This document shows, piece after piece, positions 13,045 to 23,924 of a stretch of DNA of 64,000 nt (position 1 is its first letter; each line of letters starts with the position of its first letter). The notes below the pieces were generated by a model that saw nothing but the letters and a program-made list of their open reading frames with translations, was not told the origin of the DNA and made no database searches. The DNA is from Squalus acanthias (lineage: Eukaryota): positions 143,532,001-143,596,000 of the forward strand of contig CM059432.1 in assembly GCA_030390025.1 (NCBI GenBank), read 5' to 3'. The position numbers were made by a program, and so were the translations under genes.

Positions 13045-13365
13045 TGTATATTTGGATTTCCAAAAGGCATTCGATAAGGTGCCACATAAAAGGTTATTAC
13101 ACAAGATTAGGGCTCATGAGGTTGGGGGTGATATCGTAGCATGGATAGAGGATTGGTTAACGGACAGAAAACAGAGAGTAGGGATAAACAGATCTTTTTC
13201 AGGTTGGCAGGCTGTAACTAGTGGGGTGCCGCAAGGATCAGCGTTGATGCCTCAGCTATTTACAATCTAAATTAATGACCTAGATGAAGGGACCGAGTGT
13301 AATGTATCCAAGTTTGCTGATGATACAAAGCTAGGTGGGACAGTAAGCTGTGAGGAGAACACAAA
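13045..13365 (+). mobile_element. CR1 RT fragment, left part (interrupted by Harbinger)
   Basis: DFQKAFDKVPHKRLL...SGVPQGS...[18 protein letters not shown]; continues after 17567. Confidence 0.88.
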
Positions 13366-13877
13366 GGGGTAAAAATTCAGTTGGTTGCGCCTCCCGTTAG
13401 CGCCTTAAATGGGCGCTAATGGGGCGTTAAGGCGCTAACGCCCGGGCGCAGCGCTGTTTGCGCCGCTCGAGAACTTAACTTGAGATTGTGCGGCGGCGCT
13501 AAAACTTACCGCTGCGACCACCTGCGCGCGCAGATTGTGACGTCAGTCCGTGGTGCAACGCCCTTGGGGCGCCCCGGAGCGGAAATTGAGTGGCGCCCCC
13601 TGCCTTACCGCCTGGCGCTTCCAACGACCGGAAGACTGGAACGTTATCAATCGGTCTGGGGCTGGGGGGGGCGCTATTTAAAGGGGGCCTCTTCCTGTCT
13701 TTTTCTGTGGTCGACATTTATGCACCACTCGTTCTGAGAGAGAGAGAGAGATTCGGAGAGAGAGAGAGAGAGACTTCTACATTGACTCAACGCTTTGTGA
13801 GGTAGTTTTGCCTAGTTCATCCTAACTTTGCTGCTACTTTCGTTGCTGTACCTCATTACTTTTCTGGCAAAGAGAAG

Positions 13878-15038
13878 ATGGGGGCTGCAATGATTGGGGG
13901 CGTCGTCCTGCTCCAGCTCAATCGGAGCAGAGTGAGACGCAGACAGAGAGTGGCAATGATGGCCAGACGGAGGAGGCCCATCAGGCGCATGTACAGGAGA
14001 GCTTACCCTCCCAGGGTATATCGTGAACAGCTCTCCTACATCCACATGTCCGAGGAGCTGTGTTTGCGAAGGCTGCGATTCAGCAAGGAGGTGGTCACTG
14101 AGCTCTGCCACCTGCTGCAGCCAGATCTGCAGCCTCAGCTGAGGTCCAGGACGTCTCTGTCGGTGGCAGTGAAGGTCACAGTGGCCTTGAACTTCTACGC
14201 CACTGGCTCATTCCAAGCTGCTGTTGGGGACCTCGCCAATATCTCCCAGTTTGCAGTGCATCGCTGCATCCGGCAGGTCACCAATGCCCTCTTCACAAGG
14301 AGACGAGACTTCATCTCCTTCCCTATGACCCCAGACAAGCAGCATGACCGTGCTATGGGCTTTGCGAGGGTAGCGGGCTTCCCCATGGTGCAGGGCGCCA
14401 TTGACTGCACGCATGTGGCTTTGCGTGCTCCGCGAGAGAATGCAGAGGAGTTCCGGAACAGAAAGGGGTTCCATTCCTTGAATGTGCAGTTGGTCTGTGA
14501 CCACAGACAGGTGATTCTCGCTGTCAATGCCCACTATCCGGGCAGCTGCCACGATGCTTTCATCCTGCGCCAGAGTACTGTGGCAGAAATTTTCGAGGCA
14601 CCGCATCAGCCAGTTGGTTGGCTTCTGGGGGACAAGGGGTACGCATTGAGCACCTGGCTGATGACACCGCTCCATGCGCCAAACACCCCTGCTGAGCTGC
14701 GGTACCAGGAAAGCCAACAAGCAACGAGGAACATTATTGAGCGCACAATCGGCGTGCTCAAACAACGATTCCGCTGTCTGGACCATTCCGGAGGAGCCCT
14801 GCAGTACTCGCCTGAGCAAGTTTCCAAATTCGTAGTGGTGTGCTGCATGTTGCACAACATGGCAATCCTCAGGACGCAGCCAATGCCACCAGGCCTTGCA
14901 GCACCACAAGAGGAGGAGGAGGAAGAGGAGGAACAGGCCGAGGACGATGATCAGCAGCAGCACCAAGGCAGGAGGGCGGCCCACAATGGTCAAACTGCAA
15001 GGGCCGTCCGTCAACGACTAATAGCAAGCCGCTTCTAG
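13878..15038 (+). CDS. Harbinger DDE transposase (HARBI1-like), 386 aa, intact
   Basis: GAIDCTH, RKGFHSLNVQLVCD, PGSCHD, LGDKGY, IERTIGVLKQRFRCL; uninterrupted ORF. Confidence 0.95.
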   Translation: MGAAMIGGVVLLQLNRSRVRRRQRVAMMARRRRPIRRMYRRAYPPRVYREQLSYIHMSEELCLRRLRFSKEVVTELCHLLQPDLQPQLRSRTSLSVAVKVTVALNFYATGSFQAAVGDLANISQFAVHRCIRQVTNALFTRRRDFISFPMTPDKQHDRAMGFARVAGFPMVQGAIDCTHVALRAPRENAEEFRNRKGFHSLNVQLVCDHRQVILAVNAHYPGSCHDAFILRQSTVAEIFEAPHQPVGWLLGDKGYALSTWLMTPLHAPNTPAELRYQESQQATRNIIERTIGVLKQRFRCLDHSGGALQYSPEQVSKFVVVCCMLHNMAILRTQPMPPGLAAPQEEEEEEEEQAEDDDQQQHQGRRAAHNGQTARAVRQRLIASRF

Positions 15039-15332
15039 GGCCCCTGCCAGTGCTACAAACACGAATCAACCCAGCACGCAACCCCTAAGCCGGCCAAGGC
15101 ACCAATAATTCCAACCACCAGCCATGTATATTTTGAATACAGAAACTTATTTATTGTACAAACTCTGTGTGTGTCAATTCCTCATGACAAACTCATAGAA
15201 ATAAACACAAAAAAACAGTCAATAACATAACTGGTTCTCACAACCTGGAGATAATGTCCAAAACACTAAACAAAAGTTGGGCCATGAACCTCGGCCTTTA
15301 ATAAAAAAATGACCAGCATTTTGGCACACCTC

Positions 15333-17210
15333 CTACTTTTTGCCCTTCGAGGGTGATCTCCTTCCCTTGCGCACTTTCCCCCTTCTAACCCTACTGCTCC
15401 TCCGTAATGGGACCTCAGTGGCTGCAGCAAGGCTGGTGGAAGGCTGCTGCTTGTCAGACCCTGACACTGCAGATGCCCCTGAAGGACGGCCTCGACCACT
15501 TCTGGGCCTGGAGGGCCCGGCTGCAGACTGCACCAACTCTGCATGGGCGGCAGCAGTCTGTCCTACAGGCGGTGGCAAGTGCAGTGGAGAAGTGACAGTG
15601 TTGGCAGCAGGAATGCTGTCATCGTGAGAGAGGACAGCAACTCCCTGCTCGCCCGACACACTGGCACTCCCACGGGGCAGCACTTCAGCATCCGGAGCAA
15701 TTTGCCTGAGAACAGATTGCTGGCCTGCTGCGGCGCGGTGACAGCCCCGGGGACATGTGCACGAACCATCGAGGATGGCAGCAGTCAGTGCTCGCGTGGC
15801 CTCAATCTGAGTCTGCATGAGAGCAGGCTCAGATGGGTTCCTGGCAGCCAGTGACTGAATTGCAGCAGTAAGCTTTAGTGTGGCATCCGCCTGTGCTACA
15901 GCGAAGTGCTCCACACTCCTTGCCAGTGCCTCAATGCATTCGGGCACCCTTCCCACTGCACCCATGAGCTCAGTGTGCATGACCACCGCCTGGCTGTTCA
16001 TTTCTGCAATCAGCCGCTCCTCCTCTGCGTCCATTGCATTAGGAGTGTCTGGCATACTCTCCCTCTGGGGAGAAGGCTCCCGTTCTTCCCTCCCCCCCCC
16101 CATGGCGTTGCTGCAGCCCGCTGGGTCCTGGAACTTCACCATCATCAGCCCCTTCTCCCCTGCTCCCCTCCGGGGAAGGCGTGTTCCCAGTGTGGCCATG
16201 GGCTTCCTCGGGAGAGGGTGGCACTGATGCTCCGGCTTCCTCTTCCTCCTCAGCTGCAGCATCACTCCCAGTGGCAGCTTCAGGGACCATCTCCTCAGCT
16301 GGTGAATCACCATCTGAAAGCAGGGAGGTACAAGAGTGGCTTTAGCGTGAGGACAGGGTGGCAGTAAGGGAGGAATAAGTGCAGCGAGTTAGCAAGTTGG
16401 ATTGAAAGTGTCAAAGGCTGGTATTGTGAGGGACAAGTGGAAGGACAGAGGACAAAAAGGTGATGACCTTACCATTGCTGTCCACAACGGGGTCGGCGTC
16501 TCCAGTGGCGACGGGACCGATCACCCGGCTTGCCACAATCCTGTGGACGCGCTCCTCCAGATCGCTGAGGGGTTGCAGCTGAAGCCGCCCTCCACCCGTC
16601 CGTTGCTGCTGTCTCCGATTATGAGCCAGCTTAGCCTGCAAGAAAAAGGACAGCATCTGAGTCAATATGCAGCCATGGTCTTGCCTGATGTGCCTCCCAT
16701 AGGTGAATAGCCCTTACTGTATGCAGCCATGGTCTTGCCTGATGTGCCTCCCATAGGTGAATAGCCCTTACTGTATGCAGCCATGGTCTTGCCTGATGTG
16801 CCTCCCATAGGTGAATAGCCCTTACTGTATGCAAAGTGTGGAATGTGTGTGTGTGTTTGATGAAAGGGCCATAGGTGTTGGATGAGTGTTGTGCATTAGG
16901 GTTTTAAGACCCTCTGGCCATAGAGTGAGGTTGAGATGGAGGGATGGAGAGGTATTGAGAAAAAGCCACTCACCCTGACGACCCGAGTGAGGTCGTTGAA
17001 CTTTTTGCGGCACTGGACATGGGTCCTGGGCACCATGCTCCTGGAGGAGACGCTCTGAGCCACCTCCCTCCACACTCTTCTGAACTCGCGTGGCAAAGGC
17101 CTCCTGCCACTCTCTGGGAACAGCATGCATCGTCTGCGCTCCACTGCGTCAACCAGAGCATCCAAGGCCCGCTCGGTGAAGCGATGAGCGCGTTCTCTCA
17201 CCCTCTCCAT
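15333..17210 (-). CDS. Harbinger Myb/SANT-like DNA-binding protein; exons 17210-16974, 16635-16473, 16313-15333; one frameshift at G10 (16092-16101)
   Basis: MERVRERAHRFTERALDALV...VWREVAQSVS...QCRKKFNDL trihelix; GT-AG introns phase 0 and 1; deleting one G gives ~459 aa. Confidence 0.85.
16667..16833. repeat. 54-bp tandem repeat x3 in Myb-gene intron 1
   Basis: Three identical ATGCAGCCATGGTCTTGCCTGATGTGCCTCCCATAGGTGAATAGCCCTTACTGT units. Confidence 0.95.
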
Positions 17211-17567
17211 GCTTGGCAGCAAAATGGATTACAGGTCTCTCCAGGCTGAGATTCAAGGCTGCAATGAGCAGGGTGTGGCTGGGGAGCAAGTGGCCCCCCC
17301 CGCTTTAAGAAGTGTCCGGCGCCAGTGTGTCTGTGTTCCCTCGCTAACTGGCAGCAGCTGCGCTGCGCTCGTGCGCTGAGTTAGCGCCTCACTCCTAGGC
17401 CTTTGCGCCTTAAGAGAGGTGTGCAGCGCCTAATTTAGCGCTCCACTCACCTCCCGGGGCGGTAAAAGTGAAGTTTCCTGTCAGTGCCGATAATTAGCGC
17501 CAGGCGCTAATATTTGCGCGCGGACGATATTTGCGCCCCAAATGGGGCGCGACCTAATTTCTACCCC

Positions 17568-18450
17568 AAAGAGTCTGCAAAGGGATGTAGATAGACTAAG
17601 TGAGTGGGCAGTAAGGTGGCAGATGGAGTATAATGTAGGGAAATGTGAGGTTATTCACTTTGGTAGGAAGAATAGAAAAACAGAATATTTTTTAAATGGT
17701 GAGAAACTTTCAAATGTTGGTGTTCAGAGAGATTTGGGTGTCCTCGTGCAAGAAACACAGAAAGCTCGCATGCAGGTACAGCAAGCAATAAGGAAGGCAA
17801 ATGGCATGTTGTCCTTTATTGCAAGGGGGTTGGAGTATAAGAGTAAGGAAGTCTTGCTACAATTGTGCAGGGCCTTGGTGAGACCACACCTGGAGTACTG
17901 TGCACAGTTTTGGTCTCCTTATCTAAGGAAGGATATACTTGCCTTGGAGGCGGTGCGACGAAGGTTCACTAGATTGATTCCTGGGATGAGAGGGCTGTCC
18001 TATGATGAGAGATTGTGTAGAATGGGCCTATACTCTCTGGAGTTTAGAAGAATGAGAGGTGATCTCATTGAAACATGCAAGATTCTGATTGAAGGGGATT
18101 GACAGGGTAGATGCTGAGAGGTTGTTTCCCCTGGCTGGAGTGTCCAGAACTAGGGGGCATAGTCTCGGGATAAGGGGTAGGCCATTTAAAACTGAGATGA
18201 GGAGGAATTTCTTCACTCAGCAGGTTGTGAATCTTCGGAATTCTCTGTCCCAGAGGGCTGTGAATGCTGAGTCTTTGAGTATATTCAAGGCGGAGATAGA
18301 TACATTTTTGGACTCTAGGGGAATCAAGGGATATGGAAATCGGGCAGGAAAGTGGAGTTGAGGTCGATGATCAGCCATGATCTCATTGAATGGTGGAGCA
18401 GGCTCGAGGGGCCGTATGGCCCACTCCTGCTCTTATTTCTTATGTTCTTT
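17568..18450 (+). mobile_element. CR1 RT/3' end, right part
   Basis: SLQRDVDRLSEWAVRWQMEYN...; continues 13045-13365. Confidence 0.9.
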
Positions 18451-19009
18451 CTATACCAAGGGCCCAGCCCATGTCAGCACTGTTTCACTAGTCTTGACGG
18501 TGTCCAGACCATCTCACTTTAATCTACCAGATGGATACCTTAACTCCCATGATTTCTCTCATTTTATGTCCTTATGCTAATTATCTTTTAAATATCTTTG
18601 CAATTAGTTTTGTTAAGCGAACTCTAATTCCTACTTAGCATCATAATATGTTATTTAACAATTTGACCTTCACTCGCAGCCTGTGGCTGTTTGTTATCAG
18701 AGCTTAGTCAAAACTGCTTTTGACTGTCCTTGCGGCTACATTCAAACAGTCTTTAACATTGCCATACCCACAGGGAATTATGGGTAAGATTAGTTGGTCA
18801 ATGCCTACATTTGAATTTATACATATATGATTCCCATCTACTATATGGTCTCCAAATACTAGTCTTTCGTACAGCCTGATCGCTGAAACGGCGAGCTCTC
18901 TCCCTGGGACTGGGATCAGCCATAAGGATAAAAGGTATCGCTGTTGAGTTGCTTGGAGGTCGCCTTCAGAGCCAGCAGTGTTGAGAATTAGGTTGTGCAG
19001 AATGATTGA

Positions 19010-19912
19010 ACCTCCCCTTTAAGAACTGGAAGGAGCCAGTGTGAATGATGAGTCCCGATTGGAGTGCACCTGAAATTGATTATCGCTCTGCGGGTAGCGC
19101 CCCGCACTCTGCGGGTAGCGCCCCGCTCTCTGTGTTTAGCGCCCCGCGCTCTGCGGGTAGCGCCCCGCTCTCTGCGGGTAGCACCCCGCTCTCTGTGTTT
19201 AGCGCCCCGCTCTCTGCGGGTAGCACCCCGCTCTCTGTGTTTAGCGCCCCGCTCTCTGCGGGTAGCACCCCGCTCTCTGTGTTTAGCGCCCCGCTCTCTG
19301 TGTTTAGCGCCCCGCTCTCTGTGTTTAGCGCCCCGCTCTCTGTGGGTAGCACCCTGCTCTCTGTGTTTAGCGCCCCGCTCTCTGCGGGTAGCACCCCGCT
19401 CTCTGTGTTTAGCGCCCCGCTCTCTGCGGGTAGCACCCTGCTCTCTGTGTTTAGCGCCCCGCTCTCTGCGGGTAGCACCCCGCTCTCTGTGTTTAGCGCC
19501 CCGCTCTCTGCGGGTAGCACCCCGCTCTCTGTGTTTAGCGCCCCGCTCTCTGCGGGTAGCGCCCCGCTCTCTGCGGGTAGCGCCCCGCTCTCTGCGGGTA
19601 GCGCCCCGCTCTCTGCGGGTAGCGCCCCGCTCTCTGCGGGTAGCGCCCCGCTCTCTGCGGGTAGCGCCCCGCTCTCTGCGGGTAGTGCCCCGCTCTCTGC
19701 GGATAGCACCCCGCTCTCTGCGGGTAGCGCCCCACTCTCTGCGGGTAGCGCCCCGCTCTCTGTGTTTAGCGCTCTAAGTTAGCTGATTGGCCCTTGATTT
19801 AGCGCTCCAGCTCTTTCTTGGAGTGCCAACAATTAATGTAGCGGGAGGTCAGAAAGATTAGCAACTTTTTCAAATGTAGCGCCCCAACCGGGCCGTACCT
19901 AATTTCTAGCCC
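19010..19912 (+). mobile_element. Harbinger right-end remnant containing an expanded minisatellite
   Basis: CCCTTTAAGAACTGGA matches the MITE right subterminal (~59423); ends CCTAATTTCTAGCCC like the right TIR at 17567. Confidence 0.7.
19083..19777. repeat. 21-bp minisatellite, ~33 units (CTCTCTGCGGGTAGCGCCCCG / CTCTCTGTGTTTAGCGCCCCG)
   Basis: Directly visible tandem array with two main unit variants. Confidence 0.95.
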
Positions 19913-19944
19913 TTACTTATTTACCTTTTAATTCCATTGTTCAG

Positions 19945-20066
19945 GAGGGACCATTCTGACAATATCTGGCTACAGCTTCACTCTCAATTCAACCGTTTTA
20001 ATCGGAGAAAAGAGCTGCCTCCTCCTCACAGAAAGTCCTGTCGAGATGAAATGCAGCACTCCAGCG
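19945..20066 (+). CDS. PKHD1L1: PKHD1L1 exon (IPT/TIG), between two minisatellites
   Basis: ttcag/gtgagt; GGTILTISGYSFTLNSTVLIGEKSCLLLTESPVEMKCSTPA; phase 1-0 fits both neighbours; this frame is not in the ORF track. Confidence 0.92.
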
Positions 20067-20074
20067 GTGAGTGG

Positions 20075-22060
20075 GTCTTGGGGTGTCTAGTCTTGGGGTG
20101 TCTAGTCTTGGGGTGTCTAGTCTTGGGGTGTCTAGTCTTGGGGTGTCTAGTCTTGGGATGTCTAGTCTTGGGATGTCTAGTCTTGGGGTGTCTAGTCTTG
20201 GGATGTCTAGTCTTGGGGTGTCTAGTCTTGGGGTGTCTAGTCTTGGGATGTCTAGTCTTGGGGTGTCTAGTCTTGGGGTGTCTAGTCTTGGGGTGTCTAG
20301 TCTTGGGGTGTCTAGTCTTGGGGTGTCTAGTCTTGGGATGTCTAGTCTTGGGGTGTCTAGTCTTGGGATGTCTAGTCTTGGGGTGTCTAGTCTTGGGGTG
20401 TCTAGTCTTGGGATGTCTAGTCTTGGGGTGTCTAGTCTTGGGGTGTCTAGTCTTGGGGTGTCTAGTCTTGGGATGTCTAGTCTTGGGGTGTCTAGTCTTG
20501 GGGTGTCTAGACTTGGGGTGTCTAGTCTTGGGGTGTCTAGTCTTGGGGTGTCTAGTCTTGGGGTGTCTAGTCTTGGAGTGTCTAGTCTTGGGGTGTCTAG
20601 TCTTGGGGTGTCTAGTCTTGGGGTGTCTAGTCTTGGAGTGTCTAGTCTTGGGGTGTCTAGTCTTGGGGTGTCTAGTCTTGGGGTGTCTAGTCTTGGAGTG
20701 TCTAGTCTTGGGGTGTCTAGTCTTGGAGTGTCTAGTCTTGGGGTGTCTAGTCTTGGGGTGTCTAGTCTTGGGGTGTCTAGTCTTGGAGTATCTAGTCTTG
20801 GGGTGTCTAGTCTTGGGGTGTCTAGTCTTGGGGTGTCTAGTCTTGGGGTGTCTAGTCTTGGGGTGTCTAGTCTTGGAGTATCTAGTCTTGGGGTGTCTAG
20901 TCTTGGGGTGTCTAGTCTTGGGGTGTCTAGTCTTGGGGTGTCTAGTCTTGGAGTATCTAGTCTTGGGGTGTCTAGTCTTGGGGTGTCTAGTCTTGGGGTG
21001 TCTAGTCTTGGGGTGTCTAGTCTTGGGGTGTCTAGTCTTGGGATGTCTAGTCTTGGAGTATCTGGTCTGGGGTACTAGTCTTGGGGTGTCTAGTCTTGGG
21101 GTGTCTAGTCTTGGGGTGTCTAGTCTTGGAGTATCTAGTCTTGGGGTGTCTACTCTTGGGGTGTCTAGTCTTGGGGTGTCTAGTCTTGGGGTGTCTAGTC
21201 TTGGGGTGTCTAGTCTTGGGGTGTCTAGTCTTGGGGTGTCTAGTCTTGGGGTGTCTAGTCTTGGGATGTCTAGTCTCAGGATGTCTAGTTTTGGGGTGTC
21301 TAGTCTTGGGGTGTCTAGTCTTGGGATGTCTAGTCTTGGGGTGTCTAGTCTTGGGATGTCTAGTCTCAGGATGTCTAGTTTTGGGGTGTCTAGTCTTGGG
21401 GTGTCTAGTCTTGGGATGTCTAGTCTTGGGGTGTCTAGTCTTGGGGTGTCTAGTCTTGGGGTGTCTAGTCTTGGGGTGTCTAGTCTTGGGGTGTCTAGAC
21501 TTGGGATGTCTAGTTTTGGGGTGTCTTTGGGGTGTTTAGTCTTGGGGTGTCTAGTTTTGGGGTGTCTTTGGGGTGTCTAGTCTTGGGGTGTCTAGTCTTG
21601 GGGTGTCTAGTCTTGGGGTGTCTAGTCTTCGGGGTGTCTAGTCTTGGGGTGTCTAGTCTTGGGATGTCTAGTTTTGGGGTGTCTTTGGGGTGTTTAGTCT
21701 TGGGGTGTCTAGTTTTGGGGTGTCTTTGGGGTGTCTAGTCTTGGGGTGTCTAGTCTTGGGGTGTCTAGTCTTGGGGTGTCTAGTCTTCGGGGTGTCTAGT
21801 CTTCGGGTGTCTAGTCTTCGGGGTGTCTAGTCTTCGGGGTGTCTAGTCTTTGGGGTGTCTAGTCTTCGGGGTGTCTAGTCTTGGGGTGTCTAGTCTTGGG
21901 GTGTCCAGTTTTGGGGTGTCTTTGGGGTGTCTAGTCTTGGGGTGTCTAGTTTTGGGGTGTCTTTGGGGTGTCTAGTCTTGGGGTGTCTCGTTTTGGGGTG
22001 TCTTTGGGGTGTCTAGTCTTGGGGTGTCTAGTCTTGGTGTGTCTAGTCTTCGGGGTGTCG
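20075..22060. repeat. 15-bp G-rich minisatellite (GTCTTGGGGTGTCTA)n, ~130 units
   Basis: Directly visible; begins ~9 nt into the intron. Confidence 0.97.
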
Positions 22061-23715
22061 AGTTCTACTGGTGCCAGATCTTTTAAATTGTGTATGAGCA
22101 CCGAGGAGAATATACGCGAAGATTAGCTGAAATGCTTCAGTTCAGGTGACAAGTGACGATAGCCCACCATCAACAACTGCAGCGCCTAATCATTCGACCA
22201 ACTATAGGTGGGCTGGACTGCATCAGGTATCACGATGGTGCAACACCACCTGTCCTCTTCCTGACCAAACAACACAGTCTCAAGCTAGAAACGTAAAACA
22301 AGAATTAATCCTAATGCCATTGCTCCTGCCCCTAGTGTGACTCGGTAAGACATGGAATGCATGCAAGGTTTGAGCACAAATTCTCCACCCCTCTTCCAAT
22401 ACACATACCTAAGCCTTCATACCTTTAGTTCACGCCTATTGTTTTAAGGTCAGGTTCTTCTGTTTGAATTTGGGTCTAACTCCACGTGCAACTCCAGATC
22501 GATCTCGATCTCTCTCTTTCTCTCCATCTCTCTCTCTTTCTTTCTCCTTTCCTATTTTGCTGCACAAAGAAATCTTAAGCTCTGAAATTTTTAGCTGGAC
22601 AGAAGCCCGGTCATATTCGTCTGATCACTGGATATCTGTATTGAGTTAATGGGAAGCCTCCATACTTTTCACTCTTTGGAGCCCATCCGCCAGTTTAATT
22701 GAACCAACGAGGGGTAGTTTTATAAATTCACGCTCCCACTGGGAGCACATATTGGGAATCTGGGTGCATGAACCCCACAATTCTTTATCCATTTGCCTGC
22801 GGAGTGTGAATACCCAACTTACCTCTACGGTTTGCTGATGTCAGAATCTACATTCTGATATACAATATAAAAGTCTTGAAATTAGCTGGTGAGAATTAGC
22901 TTCTGGCTATTTACCTCCTTAATATAGAATCGTGGCTATCCTAACGGAGAAATTAACCCATTTATTTTATTTTAAAAGGATTCTCATCTCCTCTCAGGTG
23001 GAGGCTTATGGAATTTCATACAAATGTTTGGACATTGATAGTCACCGAGTGTAATTTCAGGACTATAGTGTCTCGGGATTTTTTTTTTTTTGCTTGTTAA
23101 TTACAGAGTTCCATCATAACAGAATGATTTGATCATGTGGATAATTAACTTTGTAAAGACCGGTTTCTGCTTTCAGCCATCAGCCCCTGCTCTACAGAAA
23201 GTGGCTGGAAATGGATCCGGAAATGTAATAATGATGTCAATGGAGAATGAATGTTGGCAGAGGAAAGGAGAGCTCCGAGGGGAATTCATTCTGTTATAAA
23301 TCAAACAGGGTCTCGAGCTATCCGTCGGCCATTAACTTTACTTCAACGCATAAGCCATAAAACATGTAACATGCTTCGAATAGACACATAATATTTATAA
23401 TGAGTGAATCAAAGAATGTGCTTGAGGCAGACAAATCTTTTATGAAGCTGCATAAATTAAGAATTAGCAAACCGGTTGAGTGATGCTTGCAGTACTGGTT
23501 GTGAATTAGAAGCCTGTGCTAATCCTGGGGGCACTTTCACTGGCAAAGCCTGCACTTTATAGTTTCAATGCTACCCTTCAGAGTGATAGTTGAAGTTATT
23601 CAGGGTTTTATTGAGGCCCATCTGACAATCCATTTGATTACATCTTGATTGCTCTGTAAAAGGACTTGCGAGAAATAATTAATTCCCTTCCCCTCCTTGG
23701 TATCTCTTACTACAG

Positions 23716-23848
23716 GCAGCTGTAGGAGTGTCCAATGTCTCAGTGATCGCTAATGGAGTATCCAGCACAGTGCCGTTCTTTTTCACTTACATTGAAGCTA
23801 AGACTCCAGTAATCTCGCAAGTAACTCCAACAATAAGCAGTGTGGCAG
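23716..23848 (+). CDS. PKHD1L1: PKHD1L1 exon
   Basis: tacag/gtaag; AAVGVSNVSVIANGVSSTVPFFFTYIEAKTPVISQVTPTISSVA. Confidence 0.92.
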
Positions 23849-23924
23849 GTAAGTCACTTCTGTTTGTCATGCAGGCATCTGAAGTTTGCTGTTTTGTCAC
23901 CAGTACTTGTTCCGGAAACATAAT

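Larger units (their letters stand above)
13366..17567 (+). mobile_element. Full-length PIF/Harbinger DNA transposon (4202 bp)
   Basis: TIRs GGGGTAAAAATT / AATTTCTACCCC, 3-bp TSD AAA, splits a CR1 RT cleanly, two convergent genes. Confidence 0.95.

Noticed and set aside
13878..15038. Host gene HARBI1
   Set aside because: Has TIRs, TSD, a partner gene and related copies, so it is a transposon rather than the domesticated gene
15333..16313. 326-aa stand-alone ORF or third Harbinger gene
   Set aside because: It is exon 3 of the Myb gene; its apparent ATG start reflects the homopolymer frameshift
19045..21738. Long repetitive ORFs (SAPLSAG, LGCLV, GVSSL; up to 547 aa)
   Set aside because: Artefacts of 21- and 15-bp stop-free tandem units inside introns; open in several frames
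22998..23060. Possible exon after the pyrimidine-rich CTCTCAG acceptor
   Set aside because: Early stop in the frame tested, no PKHD1L1 similarity; exons 19945 and 23716 already join in phase
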